Part shown: one piece after another, positions 45,055 through 57,400 of the stretch | Layout: every line of letters begins with the position of its first letter | How positions within the stretch are numbered: position 1 is the stretch's first letter | From: Macrostomum lignano | Taxonomy: Eukaryota | Reading direction: 5' to 3' | Assembly (NCBI GenBank): GCA_002269645.1 | Contig: NIVC01000847.1 | Location: 63,820 to 127,819, forward strand | DNA: 64,000 nucleotides | Notes under the pieces: generated by a model | What the model was told of the DNA's origin: nothing | Databases searched by the model: none | Seen by the model: the letters and a program-made list of their open reading frames with translations, nothing else | Position numbers and translations under genes: made by a program

Positions 45055-48000
45055 ATGGAGAATGGTATGCCATCTCAGACCTTCACTAGTGAGGACTACA
45101 GGCCACAATATGAAGGCGTGTTCTCAAACAACAAGTCCAGTGATTTTCTGCTTAAAGTACTCTTCATTCTAGCCCTATTTCTGGTCTTATTATTCTTTAC
45201 TGCCTGGTATATTACGCGCAAGAATGTGAGGTTTCCAATGGCAACAGTGTGTCGGGTGACACCAACCAGTCTGCTACTTGGGGAATTCCTGCGCCAGTTC
45301 ACCGAGCCATTCGTGCTGGTTGAATTTAATAAGCGACGAGACTGGCTGTTTGTTGTCAGCCAAGCTGATGTGGTTTATAGCTCTGCATTCACCTCCAAGC
45401 TGATTTATGCAAGGCCTCACCTGGCCTTTGGTGAGTAATCGGCGAGTATCCAAACCTTTTGTGTAATAAAAATTGCCTGGTGTTGTTTACGATTGTTAAG
45501 ACCTGGTGATTATTATGATGGTTATGATGATAATTATGATAATGATGATGATTATTATTATAATTATGATGATTATGATGATAATTATGATGATGATGAT
45601 TCTGATAATGATAATGATTATGATAATACGAGTAATTATGATTATGATGATTTTGAGGATGATTATGATGATGATAATATTTATTAGCTATGATGATTAT
45701 GTTAATTATGATGATGATGATTATTATTATTATTATGATTATGAAGATAATTATGATGATAATTGTGATTATGATTATGATTATTATGATGATGATTATG
45801 CTGATGATAAGCTATCAGGACAGTGATGATGATAATTATCTATCTCCCGTCCCCCTCCCCCCAGACGACTGGAAGGCCACAACGGTGTACTCTTTGAACT
45901 ACGAAGAGCTCCGCGTTGTCGGCCTGCTTTCGCGATTCGCAGTGGACGATCTGCTGCACTCGCACGCTCTGCTTGGCAACTGCGTTGACGAAGCGCTCGC
46001 CTGCCTTGGCGACCGGCTACGCGGCGACGGCGACGGCGGCGGCAACAATGCAGACAGCAAAGTCTCGGCCGATAACGCCAGCGCGTTTATTGACGAGTCG
46101 GTTGTGTCCGGCATCGTCCGAGCCTACCTGCTGGACGCCGTGTTCGGCGGCTCCGACCTGTGCGATGACCTGCAGCCGCAGTTGGACAGCATCTTGGACA
46201 AGTACATGGCCTTCTTCCGCTCCGCTCACCTGCTCAATCCCAATTGCGACGGGAACAGAATGCACCGACTGCAGGAGGATCTGCACGGCGAGATCCGGGT
46301 GAGAGTTCCGTCAGATTTCGCATTGGGCTATTTTGAGTACTGCGTCACTTTTTTCTATTGCTTCTTCTTCTCTGTCTTCCCTCTTCCCTTCTTTCACCCT
46401 TTCTCTTTTTTCTCCCTTCATTTCCATGTCCCTTCATTTCTCCATCCCTTCATTCCTATCTCCCTTCATTCCTTTCTCCCTTCATTCCTCTCTCCCTTCA
46501 TTTCCATGTCCCTTCATTCCTCCATCCCTTCATTCCTATCTCCCTTCATTCCTTTCTCCCTTCATTCCTCTCTCCCTTCATTCCTCTCTCCCTTCATTAC
46601 TCTCTCCCTTCATTCTTCTCTCCCTTCATTCTTCTCTCCCTTCATTCCTCCATCCCTTCATTCCTCTCTCCCTTCATTCCTTTCTCCCTTCATTCCTCTC
46701 TCCCTTCATTCCTCTCTCCCTTCATTATTCTCTCCCTTCATTCTTCTCTCCCTTCATTCCTCTCTCCCTTCATTACTCTCTCCCTTCATTCTTATCTCCC
46801 TTCATTCTTCTCTCCCTTCATCTCTCCCCTCATTCTTATCTCCCTTCATTCTTCTCTCCCTTCATTCATCCATCCCTTCATTCCTCTTTCCCTTCATTAC
46901 TCTCTCCCTTCATTCCTCTCTCCCTTCATCTTTCCCTTCATTCTTATCTCCCTTCATTCCTCTCTCCCTTCATTCTTCATTCCTCTCTCCCTTCATTCCT
47001 CTCTCCCTTCATTCTTATCTCCCTTCATTCCTCTTTCCCTTCATTCCTCTCTCCCTTCATTCCTCTCTCCCTTCATTACTCTCTCCCTTCATTCTTATCT
47101 CCCTTCATTTCTCTCTCCCTTCATCTCTCCCTTCATTCTTATCTCCCTTCATTCCTCTCTCTCTTCATTCCTCTCTCCCTTCATTCCTCTCTCCCTTCAT
47201 TCCTCTCTCCCTTCATTCTTATCTCCCTTCATTCCTCTCTCCCTTCATTCCTCTCTCCTTTCATCTCTCCCTTCATTCCTCTCTCCCTTCATTCCTCCCT
47301 TCAATTCTCTCCCTTCATCCCTCCCTTTATCCCTACCTTTATCTATCCCTTTATCCCTCTATCCTTTCAGGCCATCATTCCTCTCTCCCTTCATATTCTC
47401 CCTTCATACTTCTCTCCCTTCTATTTTCCCTTGTATTTGAATTCACAAGCTCTCTATATATCTATACGACACCCCCTGCAACCAATCGAACTCAGGACTT
47501 TCTGGACCACTTCATGAGCGACACGCACAATAACCTGGTAGATCGCAGCGTGCCCAGCTTCGTTGAACGCTTCATCAAAGAGAAAATGTCGTTCGATCAG
47601 TGCGGCATCACCGACACAGATTTTGTCACGGCCAATCACATGGTTCAGGAGGCGCTGGACTTTGCCTGCTTGTCTCTGGCCATTGTGCCCGATCTGGTGC
47701 ACGCCTGCCTTGTTCGGGTGGCCGCTGCACCCGACCAGTTCTTTGCCGCGGTCAGCGTGGCCGACAACGACAGCGTTGAGGCTGCACTGGAAGAGGTCTG
47801 AGAGGAGTGGGGGAATGAATAAACGAAGCCTCTGAGGGATAGGGAATGAAGCTCTGAGGGATAGGGAATCAAGCCTCTGAGGGATAGGGAATCAAGCCTC
47901 TGAGGGATAGGGAATGAAGCCTGAGCTGAGGGATAGGGAATGAAGCCTGAGGGATAGAGAATCAAGCCTCTGAGGGATAGGGAATCAAGCTCTGAGGGAT

Positions 48001-49054
48001 AGGGAATCAAGCTCTGAGGGATAGGGAATGAAGCCTCTGAGGGATAGGGAATGAAGCCTGAGGGATAGGGAATGAAGCCTGAGGGATAGGGAATGAAGCC
48101 TGAGAGATAGGGAAAAGGGAATGAAGCCTGAGGGATAGGGAATCAAGCCTCTGAGGGATAGGGAATGAAGCCTGAGGGATAGGGAATCAAGCTCTGAGGG
48201 ATAGGGAATCAAGCCTCTGAGGGATAGGGAATCAAGCCTGAGGGATAGGGAATGAAGCCTCTGAGGGATAGGGAATGAAGCCTCTGAGGGATAGGGAATG
48301 AAGCCTCTGAGGGATAGGGAATGAAGCCTGAGGGATAGGGAATGAAGCCTGAGGGATAGGGAATGAAGCCTCTGAGGGATAGGGAATGAAGCCTCTGAGG
48401 GATAGGGAATGAAGCCTGAGGGATAGGGAATGAAGCCTCTGAGGGATAGGGAATGAAGCCTCTGAGGGATAGGGAATGAAGTCTGAGGGATAGGGAATGA
48501 AGCCTCTGAGGGATAGGGAATGAAGCCTCTGAGGGATAGGGAATGAAGCCTCTGAGGGATAGGGAATCAAGCCTCTGAGGGATAGGGAATGCAGAATCCT
48601 AAGGCATGGTTGGAGCAGACAAAGGATATGAGAGAGAACTGACACTAATCTAATCCCTAAAAAGCAACCGCGGCAAACTCTGCAGATAATCCGCATAGAA
48701 GATATTGGCAGCGATACGGCGGTATTTCTGAGCACAGCTGAGCTGGTGTGCGCCGGCTGCCTGCTGCCCATGGGCTCCTGCGTGGCGGTGAATCTGCACG
48801 CTGTTAACCGCGACCCGCTGGTCTTCCAGTCGGCTGGCGAACTGCACTGGGACAGGTTCGCTCAACAGCCGGAGGGCGGCGGCATCTCCGGCTCGCCGTT
48901 GCAGGCCGTCCATGCTAAATCGCCGTTCTATCGATTCGCTCTGGCCCTGGCATCGGCGCTTGTGCAAGGCGTGCTGCTCAGGTACCGGCTGAGTCCGGGC
49001 AAGCAGCCTGATAGCTTTGCCTATACGGCTAGGCGGGAGGTGCCTGAGGAGTGA
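45055..49054 (+). CDS. Cytochrome P450-fold membrane protein (clan-2-like) lacking the heme-thiolate Cys; 4 exons, 492 aa
   Basis: Exons 45055-45430, 45865-46298, 47496-47795, 48686-49054 (GT-AG, phases 1,0,0; 1479 nt open). N-terminal TM anchor (FLLKVLFILALFLVLLFFTAWYI) then a basic stretch. C-helix-like WKATT..LRVVGL; K-helix ExxR formed across the exon 3/4 junction (ALEE|IIR); GCLLPMGSCVAVNLHAVNRDP and WDRF (PERF-like). The heme signature position reads PLQAVHAKSPFYRFA instead of PFGxGxRxCxGxxFA. Confidence 0.8.
45506..45838. repeat. Degenerate (GAT/TAT/AAT)n trinucleotide tract (P450-like gene intron 1)
   Basis: Direct reading; lies between the donor at 45431 and the acceptor at 45864. 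Confidence 0.9.
46370..47430. repeat. Pyrimidine minisatellite, ~16 bp TCTCCCTTCATTCCTC (P450-like gene intron 2)
   Basis: Tandem copies. Confidence 0.93.
47825..48590. repeat. Purine-rich minisatellite, 21-23 bp GAGGGATAGGGAATGAAGCCTCT (P450-like gene intron 3)
   Basis: Tandem copies. Confidence 0.95.
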
Positions 49055-49126
49055 GCAACTGTAGTGCTGCAGTTTGTGTGTGCGATATCTATGAACTTCA
49101 ATTTTCAAGGTCTGTTCAATTAACAC

Positions 49127-49660
49127 ACAGTCAGTAGATAAGCACAATTTTGTGTCAGTAGATAAGCACAGTTTTGTGTCAGTAGATAAGCACCGTTTTG
49201 TGTCAGTAGATAAGCACAGTTTTGTGTCAGTAGATAAGCACAGTTTTGTGTCAGTAGATAAGCACAGTTTTGTGTCAGTAGATAAGCACCGTTTTGTGTC
49301 AGTAGATAAGCACAGTTTTGTGTCAGTAGATAAGCACAGTTTTGTGTCAGTAGATAAGCACCGTTTTGTGTCAGTAGATAAGCACAGTTTTGTATCAGTA
49401 GATAAGCACAGTTTTGTGTCAGTAGATAAGCACAGTTTTGTGTCAGTAGATAAGCACAATTATGTGTCAGTAGATAAGCACAATTCTGTGTCAGTAGATA
49501 AGCACAATTCTGTGTCAGTAGATAAGCACAATTCTGTGTCAGTCAGTAGATAAGCACAATTCTGTGTCATTAGATATGCACATTTATGTGTCAGTAGATA
49601 AGCACAATTCTGTGTCAGTAGATAAGCACAATTCTGTGTCAGTAGATAAGCACAGTTTTC
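49127..49660. repeat. Minisatellite, 24 bp TGTGTCAGTAGATAAGCACAGTTT
   Basis: Tandem copies. Confidence 0.95.
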
Positions 49661-51499
49661 TGTCAGTAGGTTACTTGTCACTGTTCAACTAAAATTTATC
49701 ATAATTTAAGCTTGGTTGAAAGCAATTTCAATAGGCTTGGTTAATTTATTGGTGTTATTTTAGTATTATTAGCAAACCGCTGTCACATGTCCAAAATCTA
49801 CATGTAGAGCATGCATGTACAATGAAGTCTATTCACCACTTTGATGTTGATGTATGGTATTATTCAGTACTTAAACTATTGTAGCTCGTAATACATGTAC
49901 TGATCGAAAATCCCTGTTTTTCAGGTTTACTATTAGTATTACGATTAACTTTATGGTTTAAATTATTAGTTGCATATTAATACGTATTCAGTAAGCCTAA
50001 TGTTTTAAATATTATTATTCAAATAATTTAGTGGTTCCTTTTTGAATGAATGATTTTTTACCTCCTGAGCTTCGAAGTTCCAAAAATAGTTTTGAACGAG
50101 GCTGCAGTAAAGTGATATATGAGTTCTAGTCTCCCCTTTCCTTCAGATCTTATGAGATTTTTGCCTTGACATTTATTACTGAGATTGATCAAGCTGAAAT
50201 TGGAGCCTTGAAGTATACATATATAAATATTGTCTATGTTATTTATACACATAACTAGTCATTAAATCGCAATACGCTCGTATTTCAATTTTTCCTCCTG
50301 CAAAGTTTTACTCTTACTTTGTTTATGCGTGTTTTTTAACTGCATCCTGCATCCATAAGTTAGCATTAGCATTAGAAGATAGTCTCAGTCATCGTCTGCG
50401 TGTCACTTTTGTTGCTTCATTTTTAATTAGTTCTTTTTTCCTGAGCTCATTAATCAATTTTATACATTAAATTACGAACAATTAAATGTGATGTATCAAT
50501 CACAGTAAAGTTTTCTGAAATCACATCCGGTATATTGCTAAATAAGTTTACGCTAAGGCAGTGTGTAAATAATTTATCTTAGCGGCTAACTTGAACAAAA
50601 GTGTGCATATATGGAGCTTCATGTATTTACATTTCGTGTTTAAGCATCTTAATCTCGACGATCCAGGAGTCCAAAATGTACATGCATACATGTACGTTCC
50701 TCGTCTTACAGGTAAGCTGCATGGGTAATCCGTATACATGTACATGTACACATGTATATCTGCGCTACAGCAAAAAGGCATTCTTAAAAATTAATACACA
50801 CTCATCAGTAGTCTAGGTTCTATATGGGCAGTCTAAATTTTTAGTTCATACAGGGAAAAGTGCATATTTTATATGCTATAAACCCCTGTTATACTACAGT
50901 CGTCCTTAGTGTAAGTACATCAAATGTACGAAATTCCTACACGAATTTCACAGAGCTTTGTTAATGAATTGCTTGTTGCTTCTCTTCGAACCGTAATATA
51001 CATAAGCTAGGATTCCGTAAAAAAGAAAAAATATATATCCAAAACAGCTGCAGAATTTGGCAATTGCCAATCGCGTTGCTTACACTTGTCCGTGTATAGC
51101 AATACAATATGGCAAGATCAATCGAGAAGTCATGGTTCTTAAAAAGTCGTTAAAAAAGTAGCCGAAAAAGTATCGAAAACATACATTATTAAGTTATGTT
51201 GTCTTGTTGCTAATTTACTGTAAAATTAGTAATAATGGTTAGATTACTTATTAACTGACATTTTAATTTGTTTTAACTTTTAATGAAAATAGTATAAATA
51301 TACGTGTCTGAGCCCGCTCCTGTTGGGCGCCAAATTAATTTTTTTAGTCTTCAGTGATTCCCTGTCGCTTTGCATAAAAATTGTGTACTTTTATGACAAC
51401 CTTGAAGTAAAACTATATTTGTACTTTCTTTTAATTGTACACACATACAAATGATTTGTTCACAGGCTTTAAAATGCATTGAGTGTACCAAATGATATA

Positions 51500-54400
51500 A
51501 TGTCTGTAAATATGAGGCGTGGAATTAAACCACATGGCGGTAAGTAGTATCACCCGGTTTTGAATGTATTTTCTATAAAATTCTCCGAAGACCAAATATC
51601 TGTTTGTCTGTAGTAAATGTGTTTTATTTTTTATTCTCAAAATCCTACCCAAAATCTGTATTTTTTTTAAACAAACTTGTTTATCATGGGTTTAGTGACT
51701 CAGCAGCAAAGATTTTCTACACTATTTATATCAATTTATATATCTTTTTAATTTATTATTAAATTAAAAATTGTTTTAGAACTTGTTTTAATCCATGATC
51801 AATATAACTTTAATTATTTTTATAATGCTTAAGCCTTAGGTTTCAAACCTCTTTGACAAAATAATTTTCAGTAGAAGTAAATAATGGCAAAAAATACTTT
51901 TGCAATGACCATTCCATGGTCAAGAAGGTATACAATATGTTAATAAAGTAACAATTGTTGCAATATTCAAATTTTTCAATATAATATATATCATTTGTCA
52001 CATTCAAAAAAATGTTTTATGCTATTTGAATTGAATTGAATGTTTGAAAAAAGGGCAAGTACATGTTCACATATCACATTGTGTGAATTAACAAGATTTT
52101 ACTTTATAGACCAGCGGTTATCAACCTTTTTTAAGCAACCCAAATTTATTTACTTGCAACATTTTTTATGTTTGTGACCCTTTTTATAATCAATATAATG
52201 CATCATTAAGTAGAGCCCGACTGGGATAGAAAAAATCTACTTGGGCAGGATTGAATTCATAAAAGTCAGGACTTGGGATTGGTCGGGATCAGGATCAAGA
52301 TCTACCATTGGAATCCAGGCTTATTTAGGTATAGGATAGCTAAAGATGCATTTATTATTATAATATATAGCTAGGCATGTGTAATAATTAGTATTATTAG
52401 TCAAGTGATAATTATATTACTATACTAGCCTAACCTTGTACTTATAGTGCTACTAGAGCATAGAGTCTAGACAACTCTGGTTTTGGTCAAGCTGAGTACT
52501 TGACTAAACTTTGGGAGTTCAAACTAAGTATTCAAGTCAAGTTTTATTGAGCAGTCAAATAGGGGGGGGCATAGCCTAGCAGTCTAGCGCAGGCTTTAGT
52601 GTGCCAGTGACCCAGGCTCAATTCCAAGTGCAGTCTCATTAATTTGGGGCTGAATTGGAATCTTGGCTTGGCTTTGCTTATGCAATTAATGGCCTTGAGA
52701 GCCAACCTCCCCCCCCCCAAGGCACAGTGAAATATACATGCCTAATGATAAAAAAGTGAGTCTGTGCCTACATACATATCCATGCACTTGTATGCCTGCT
52801 CAGGGGAATTAGCAAAATGGGCAGTAATGTCTCTCGTGGTTGTGTGTCACTTAATGTCAATGTCATTTAAAGTGTGCCAGGGTGCATACAACCCCCTGCT
52901 TCTAATAAAAAGAGCAGTCAAATAGAATGAAAATTTGGTACTCAGTAAATTTCAAACCTCAACCTATTTGACTATTGTCATATTTTTTGCAATAACTTTA
53001 TAGTTTTCATTTTGTTAGTATTTCCAGTAATTATAGATAATTGAAATAACTTATTCATCTTTTTATCTTAAAAAGTGTTTATCTTTTAGCATAAAATTGT
53101 GCTTTTCAATTACTTTTTGTTTGAGTAAGTTGATTGATTCATTTAAGTGAAGATATTCTAAGAAATCAGAATAATTTCAAAGGCTCAAACTAAATAAATG
53201 AATCAATTTGGCATATTTGCCTTAGTTAGTCCTTTCAAAATTGCTTCTAAATGATTTTTAAGATATACTTAAAATGTAAAAACTTTTTATAATCCTGCCT
53301 GACTTTTCCTGACTCCTGACATTTACACCCAACATGGGTACTCACAATGACATACTCACATTTCTTAGTGCTGCAACCTCCAGAAAATGGTCACATGATC
53401 CCACTGGGGGTTGCAACCCACAGGTTGAAAACTACTGTTATAGACTATACATTATGCTACAATACATTATGCTAAGCGGCATGCCATGTATGCTAAAAAT
53501 TCCTTTGTATGCTATGCGCCATAATTTTGTGTGAAATATACTACTTTCTTGACTATAGTAACCATTTTGTCTAAAGCTGACCATTTCAACAAAAGATTTG
53601 TTCCAAGCTTTAGTAAAGAGTTTTTATTGTTTTAAAAGAACGTTAAAAGAGAAATGATAGACTTTATAATAATAAAGACTAATTTTATTGTGACATTTTT
53701 TGTTCTATCATAGTTTAATTCAGTTGTTTTATTAGGTGCCATTCTGTTATAGTAGGATTTCAAGTAAGGGTTTGTTTAGAAAAATTCCTCAAACAATTTT
53801 AGGACTAAAAAACCACACTGTTATATCCCTAATCTATCAATTGCATATCAATAGATTGCATGTATATAACATAGCTATTAGTACTTCATAAGTTTCTAAA
53901 TTTTCTAACTGCAAATAATTTGCAGCAATGAATAATTTATTAAAAGCTTCAATCACCAAATATATATTTGGAATTATATATGTAGCCTATCTTTTGCCAA
54001 AATGTATATCTATTTAACCAAAAAATTCACTTTTGCACCAAAAACTTCTTCACCAAAATGGGCTGCACACAATGTTTAGATTCAGTTGTAACTTAATGAT
54101 ATTTAGTGTCAAATTGAAAAATTAATCATTTCAATGATTTTTGTATTAGAATCTTGAATTGAAGTAATTTGCAATCTAGAAAAAGGTCTTAAAAGTGAAA
54201 TACACAATTTATATATTGATAAATTTAGTTATCTTTATAAAAACATGTTTAATGCTATGTATGCAATCTTTGTAATTATAAACATTGTTTTCACTTTTTA
54301 ACTTTTCTAATTGAAATTAAATATCAAAACCACTAGTCTGGTACTAACATTTCAAAATTGACAATTTAAAGCATTGTGTAATATACTATATATGACATAT

Positions 54401-57400
54401 ATCAGTGTACATATACATAAAAATTGTTGATTTTTTAGGTAAATACAGAATATTCCAAACTATGGATTATATCAACCCACTTCAGCAAAGGGATTTTAGG
54501 CAAAAAACAATAATGGCATAAAATTAGTGTTTTGCCATAGCTATAGCTATAGGATCCTATGGCTAATATGGTTAAATAGTTGCCTACAGCAGCTATGGAT
54601 ATACCTATAGTAGATAGCTACTTCTATGGCTACGACTAAGGAAATATAATAATTATAGTCACATTCTATAGACTCCTATAGCTGTAGTTATAAATTTAAA
54701 AAATTAATAAATATTAGAAAGAGATAAAATGAAACAAAGATACTTAGTATAAACTGCATCATAGATTCAAAAGATTCAAAAACTAAATCTAGATATTTAC
54801 CTAGTCATTTCTATTGGCAACAGTCTTATTATATTAACTACTATGTTTAAATGCTGCATTTTGAAAAATAAGTTTAAATAGTAATAAAATGGCAACACTA
54901 TTTTTAATAGTACTTAATAAAAAATATAATATTCTTTGATATATTAAAATATGAAATACTTTAATATGATAGCTAAATCAAATATAATTCATAGTTAGTG
55001 CTATCTTTTTAGCTAAGACTTTAGCTACATAGCTGCTATTACTATATAAAGCACCTCAATAAGCTTTAATTGCATTGCATCTATGCTAGAAAAAAACCCA
55101 TTCTGTAGCTATGATATGCCTGTAGTGCATTATGAAATAAGGTAACTCATTTGTCCAACCTTAAAAAGGTTTTCTTGTAAATTTTCTAATATAAAAATAT
55201 TGTATCTGCCATAAGTGGTGCCTATGATGCCTTAGTTCAGGGGTACCTAACCTACTATCAGCTGTGAGCCACATTAGACAGTAGCTAAGATATAAAAAAT
55301 ATAAGATCAGGGTGGGTATCTGCTATAAAAACAAAAACATTCAGTTTTGCTATATTTATGCTGTATTCAGCTTTGCAAGGTTTTTTGATTCAAAAGCATT
55401 AATTTTTCAAATACAGTTTTACTCAAAGCAAATAGTAAATTTCAAAGCTATCAAAATCATAGTGTCACATGGCATTTTGGGTCTGAATTCAAATTTCAAA
55501 ATCAAATATGATAACCACATCTATATGTAAATTGCGTAAGTCTGCAGATTTTACATTTATAGGTTACTAAAAAAATTGAAAATTAATAGTATTCTTAAAA
55601 TGCCAAGGAGAAATATGATTTATAGACAATATGAAACTTTAACACGTTATGTGTTAAAAAATCTGAGAAATTAGAGTTGCTTACCTTATTGTACTATTGT
55701 AGACTTTATTACAAAGTTAATAATAATCCAAAGGTGACAAGGTTGAATACTTTGCATATTTAATTATAACATCAGGTGGCGGCAGCGGCGGCAGCTTTCA
55801 CGCACTTGGCAGCAAATCTGGCGCCGCGACAGTTTCACCAGCGCCAGCAGCAGCAGCCGGCGGCGCCCCAGTTGTAGTCGGGCTGGCGCCATCCGGGGCG
55901 CCGCAGCTGGCTGGCCAGCGCCGGCCTGGCGCCAAGGAGGCCAGCTTCGAGTCGAACGCTTGGCCAGTGGATCCAACCGAGCTGGTTCGCTCAGTCGAAC
56001 AGCTGGAATCTCGCGGCAGTACAGATGCCCGAGCTCAAGCTGAGATGCACCTGTGCGGAGCGCTTGTACAGTTGCGCTCGTGCAAGACTCGCCTACCGCC
56101 TATACTGACTGTGAGCCTGGCCTACCTGGCCAAGTCCAGGCCCACCAGCTTCACTCGGCCATTCATATTTGACGGTCTTTGCTCGTTCCTACGCAAGCGG
56201 GATCAGGTGTCCCGGCCGGCCGCTATGCTCTGCGTTGGCTTGTTAACTGCCGCTCTGCGCGACCAGGACGCCTGGCCGGACTCAATCCTGCGGGCATTTG
56301 TTGAAGACTCGGTTGGCGATAGATTCTGGGTAGATCGGACCGACTGCCGCTGGCTGGTGCGCAATCTGGAGGCTTCGTTTCCCAATGCCACACCGGCTGA
56401 TGCTTTGTTCACCTTTGGCGGCACACGAGGCAACGCTACTAAAGAGTTGCCGCAGACGCACACTAGCGTAAGCGTTGCCGCCACCGCCAGCGACGATGAC
56501 TCGGCCCAGAGCGGCAGCAGCGGCGTTCAAGATGGCCAGCAGCAGCAACAGCCAGCAATTCAACCGCGCTACGCTAAGAAGCCGCACTGGCTAGAAGAGC
56601 TAGTTGTTGTCTGCGTCAAAGACGCTTTGCAGAAACGCGGCCAGGCTACATCTAGCGAAGCTGCTCAACGGGCCGTCATCCGGCTGATGACTGTGGCGGC
56701 TGGCTATTCAGAGATTCGATTGATGGCTGCCAACCGGTTGGAGATGTGGTTGCAGCTGGCTAAGTTACAGGCGAGTCTGCGAGATTTCACCTGCTCGCAT
56801 TTGGGATTTGTTACACCTGTGTTTAACCAGTGGGGTATTGGGATCTGTGCGTATAATCTAGGGTGTATTGGAATATGTAGGGTGTATTGGGATCTGTGCG
56901 TCTAATCTAGGGTGTATTGGAATATGTAGGGTGTATTGGGATCTGTGCGTCTAATCTAGGGTGTATTGGGATCTGTACACCTGCGTCTAATCTGGGGTAT
57001 TGAGATCTGTACACATGTGTCTAATCTGGGGTGTATTGGGATCTGTGCACCTGTGTCTAATCTGGAGTGTATTGGGATCTGTACACCTGTGTCTAATCTG
57101 GAGTGTATTGGGATCTGTACACCTGTGTCTAATCTGGGGTGTATTGGGATCTGTACACCTGTGTCTAATCTGGGGTGTATTGGGATCTGTACACCTGTGT
57201 CTAATCTAGGGTGTATTGGGATCTGTACACCTGTGTCTAATCTGGGGTGTGTTGGGATCTGTACACCTGTGTCTAATCTAAGGTGTATTGGGATCTGCAC
57301 GGTTGTGTCATCAGACATCAGAGTCACGTGAAATGCTAATTGCACATTCTTGTCAAAAGATAAACATTTGAACAAATTATTTAATTAATTAAAAAATGAT

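Noticed and set aside
45493-45826. Asp/Tyr-rich acidic biomineralisation-like ORF
   Set aside because: Trinucleotide tract inside intron 1 of the P450-like gene.
45690-47801. 703-aa ORF as a single-exon protein
   Set aside because: Read-through of two real exons plus intronic repeats. Good splice sites at 45864, 46299 and 47495 give the P450-fold model instead.
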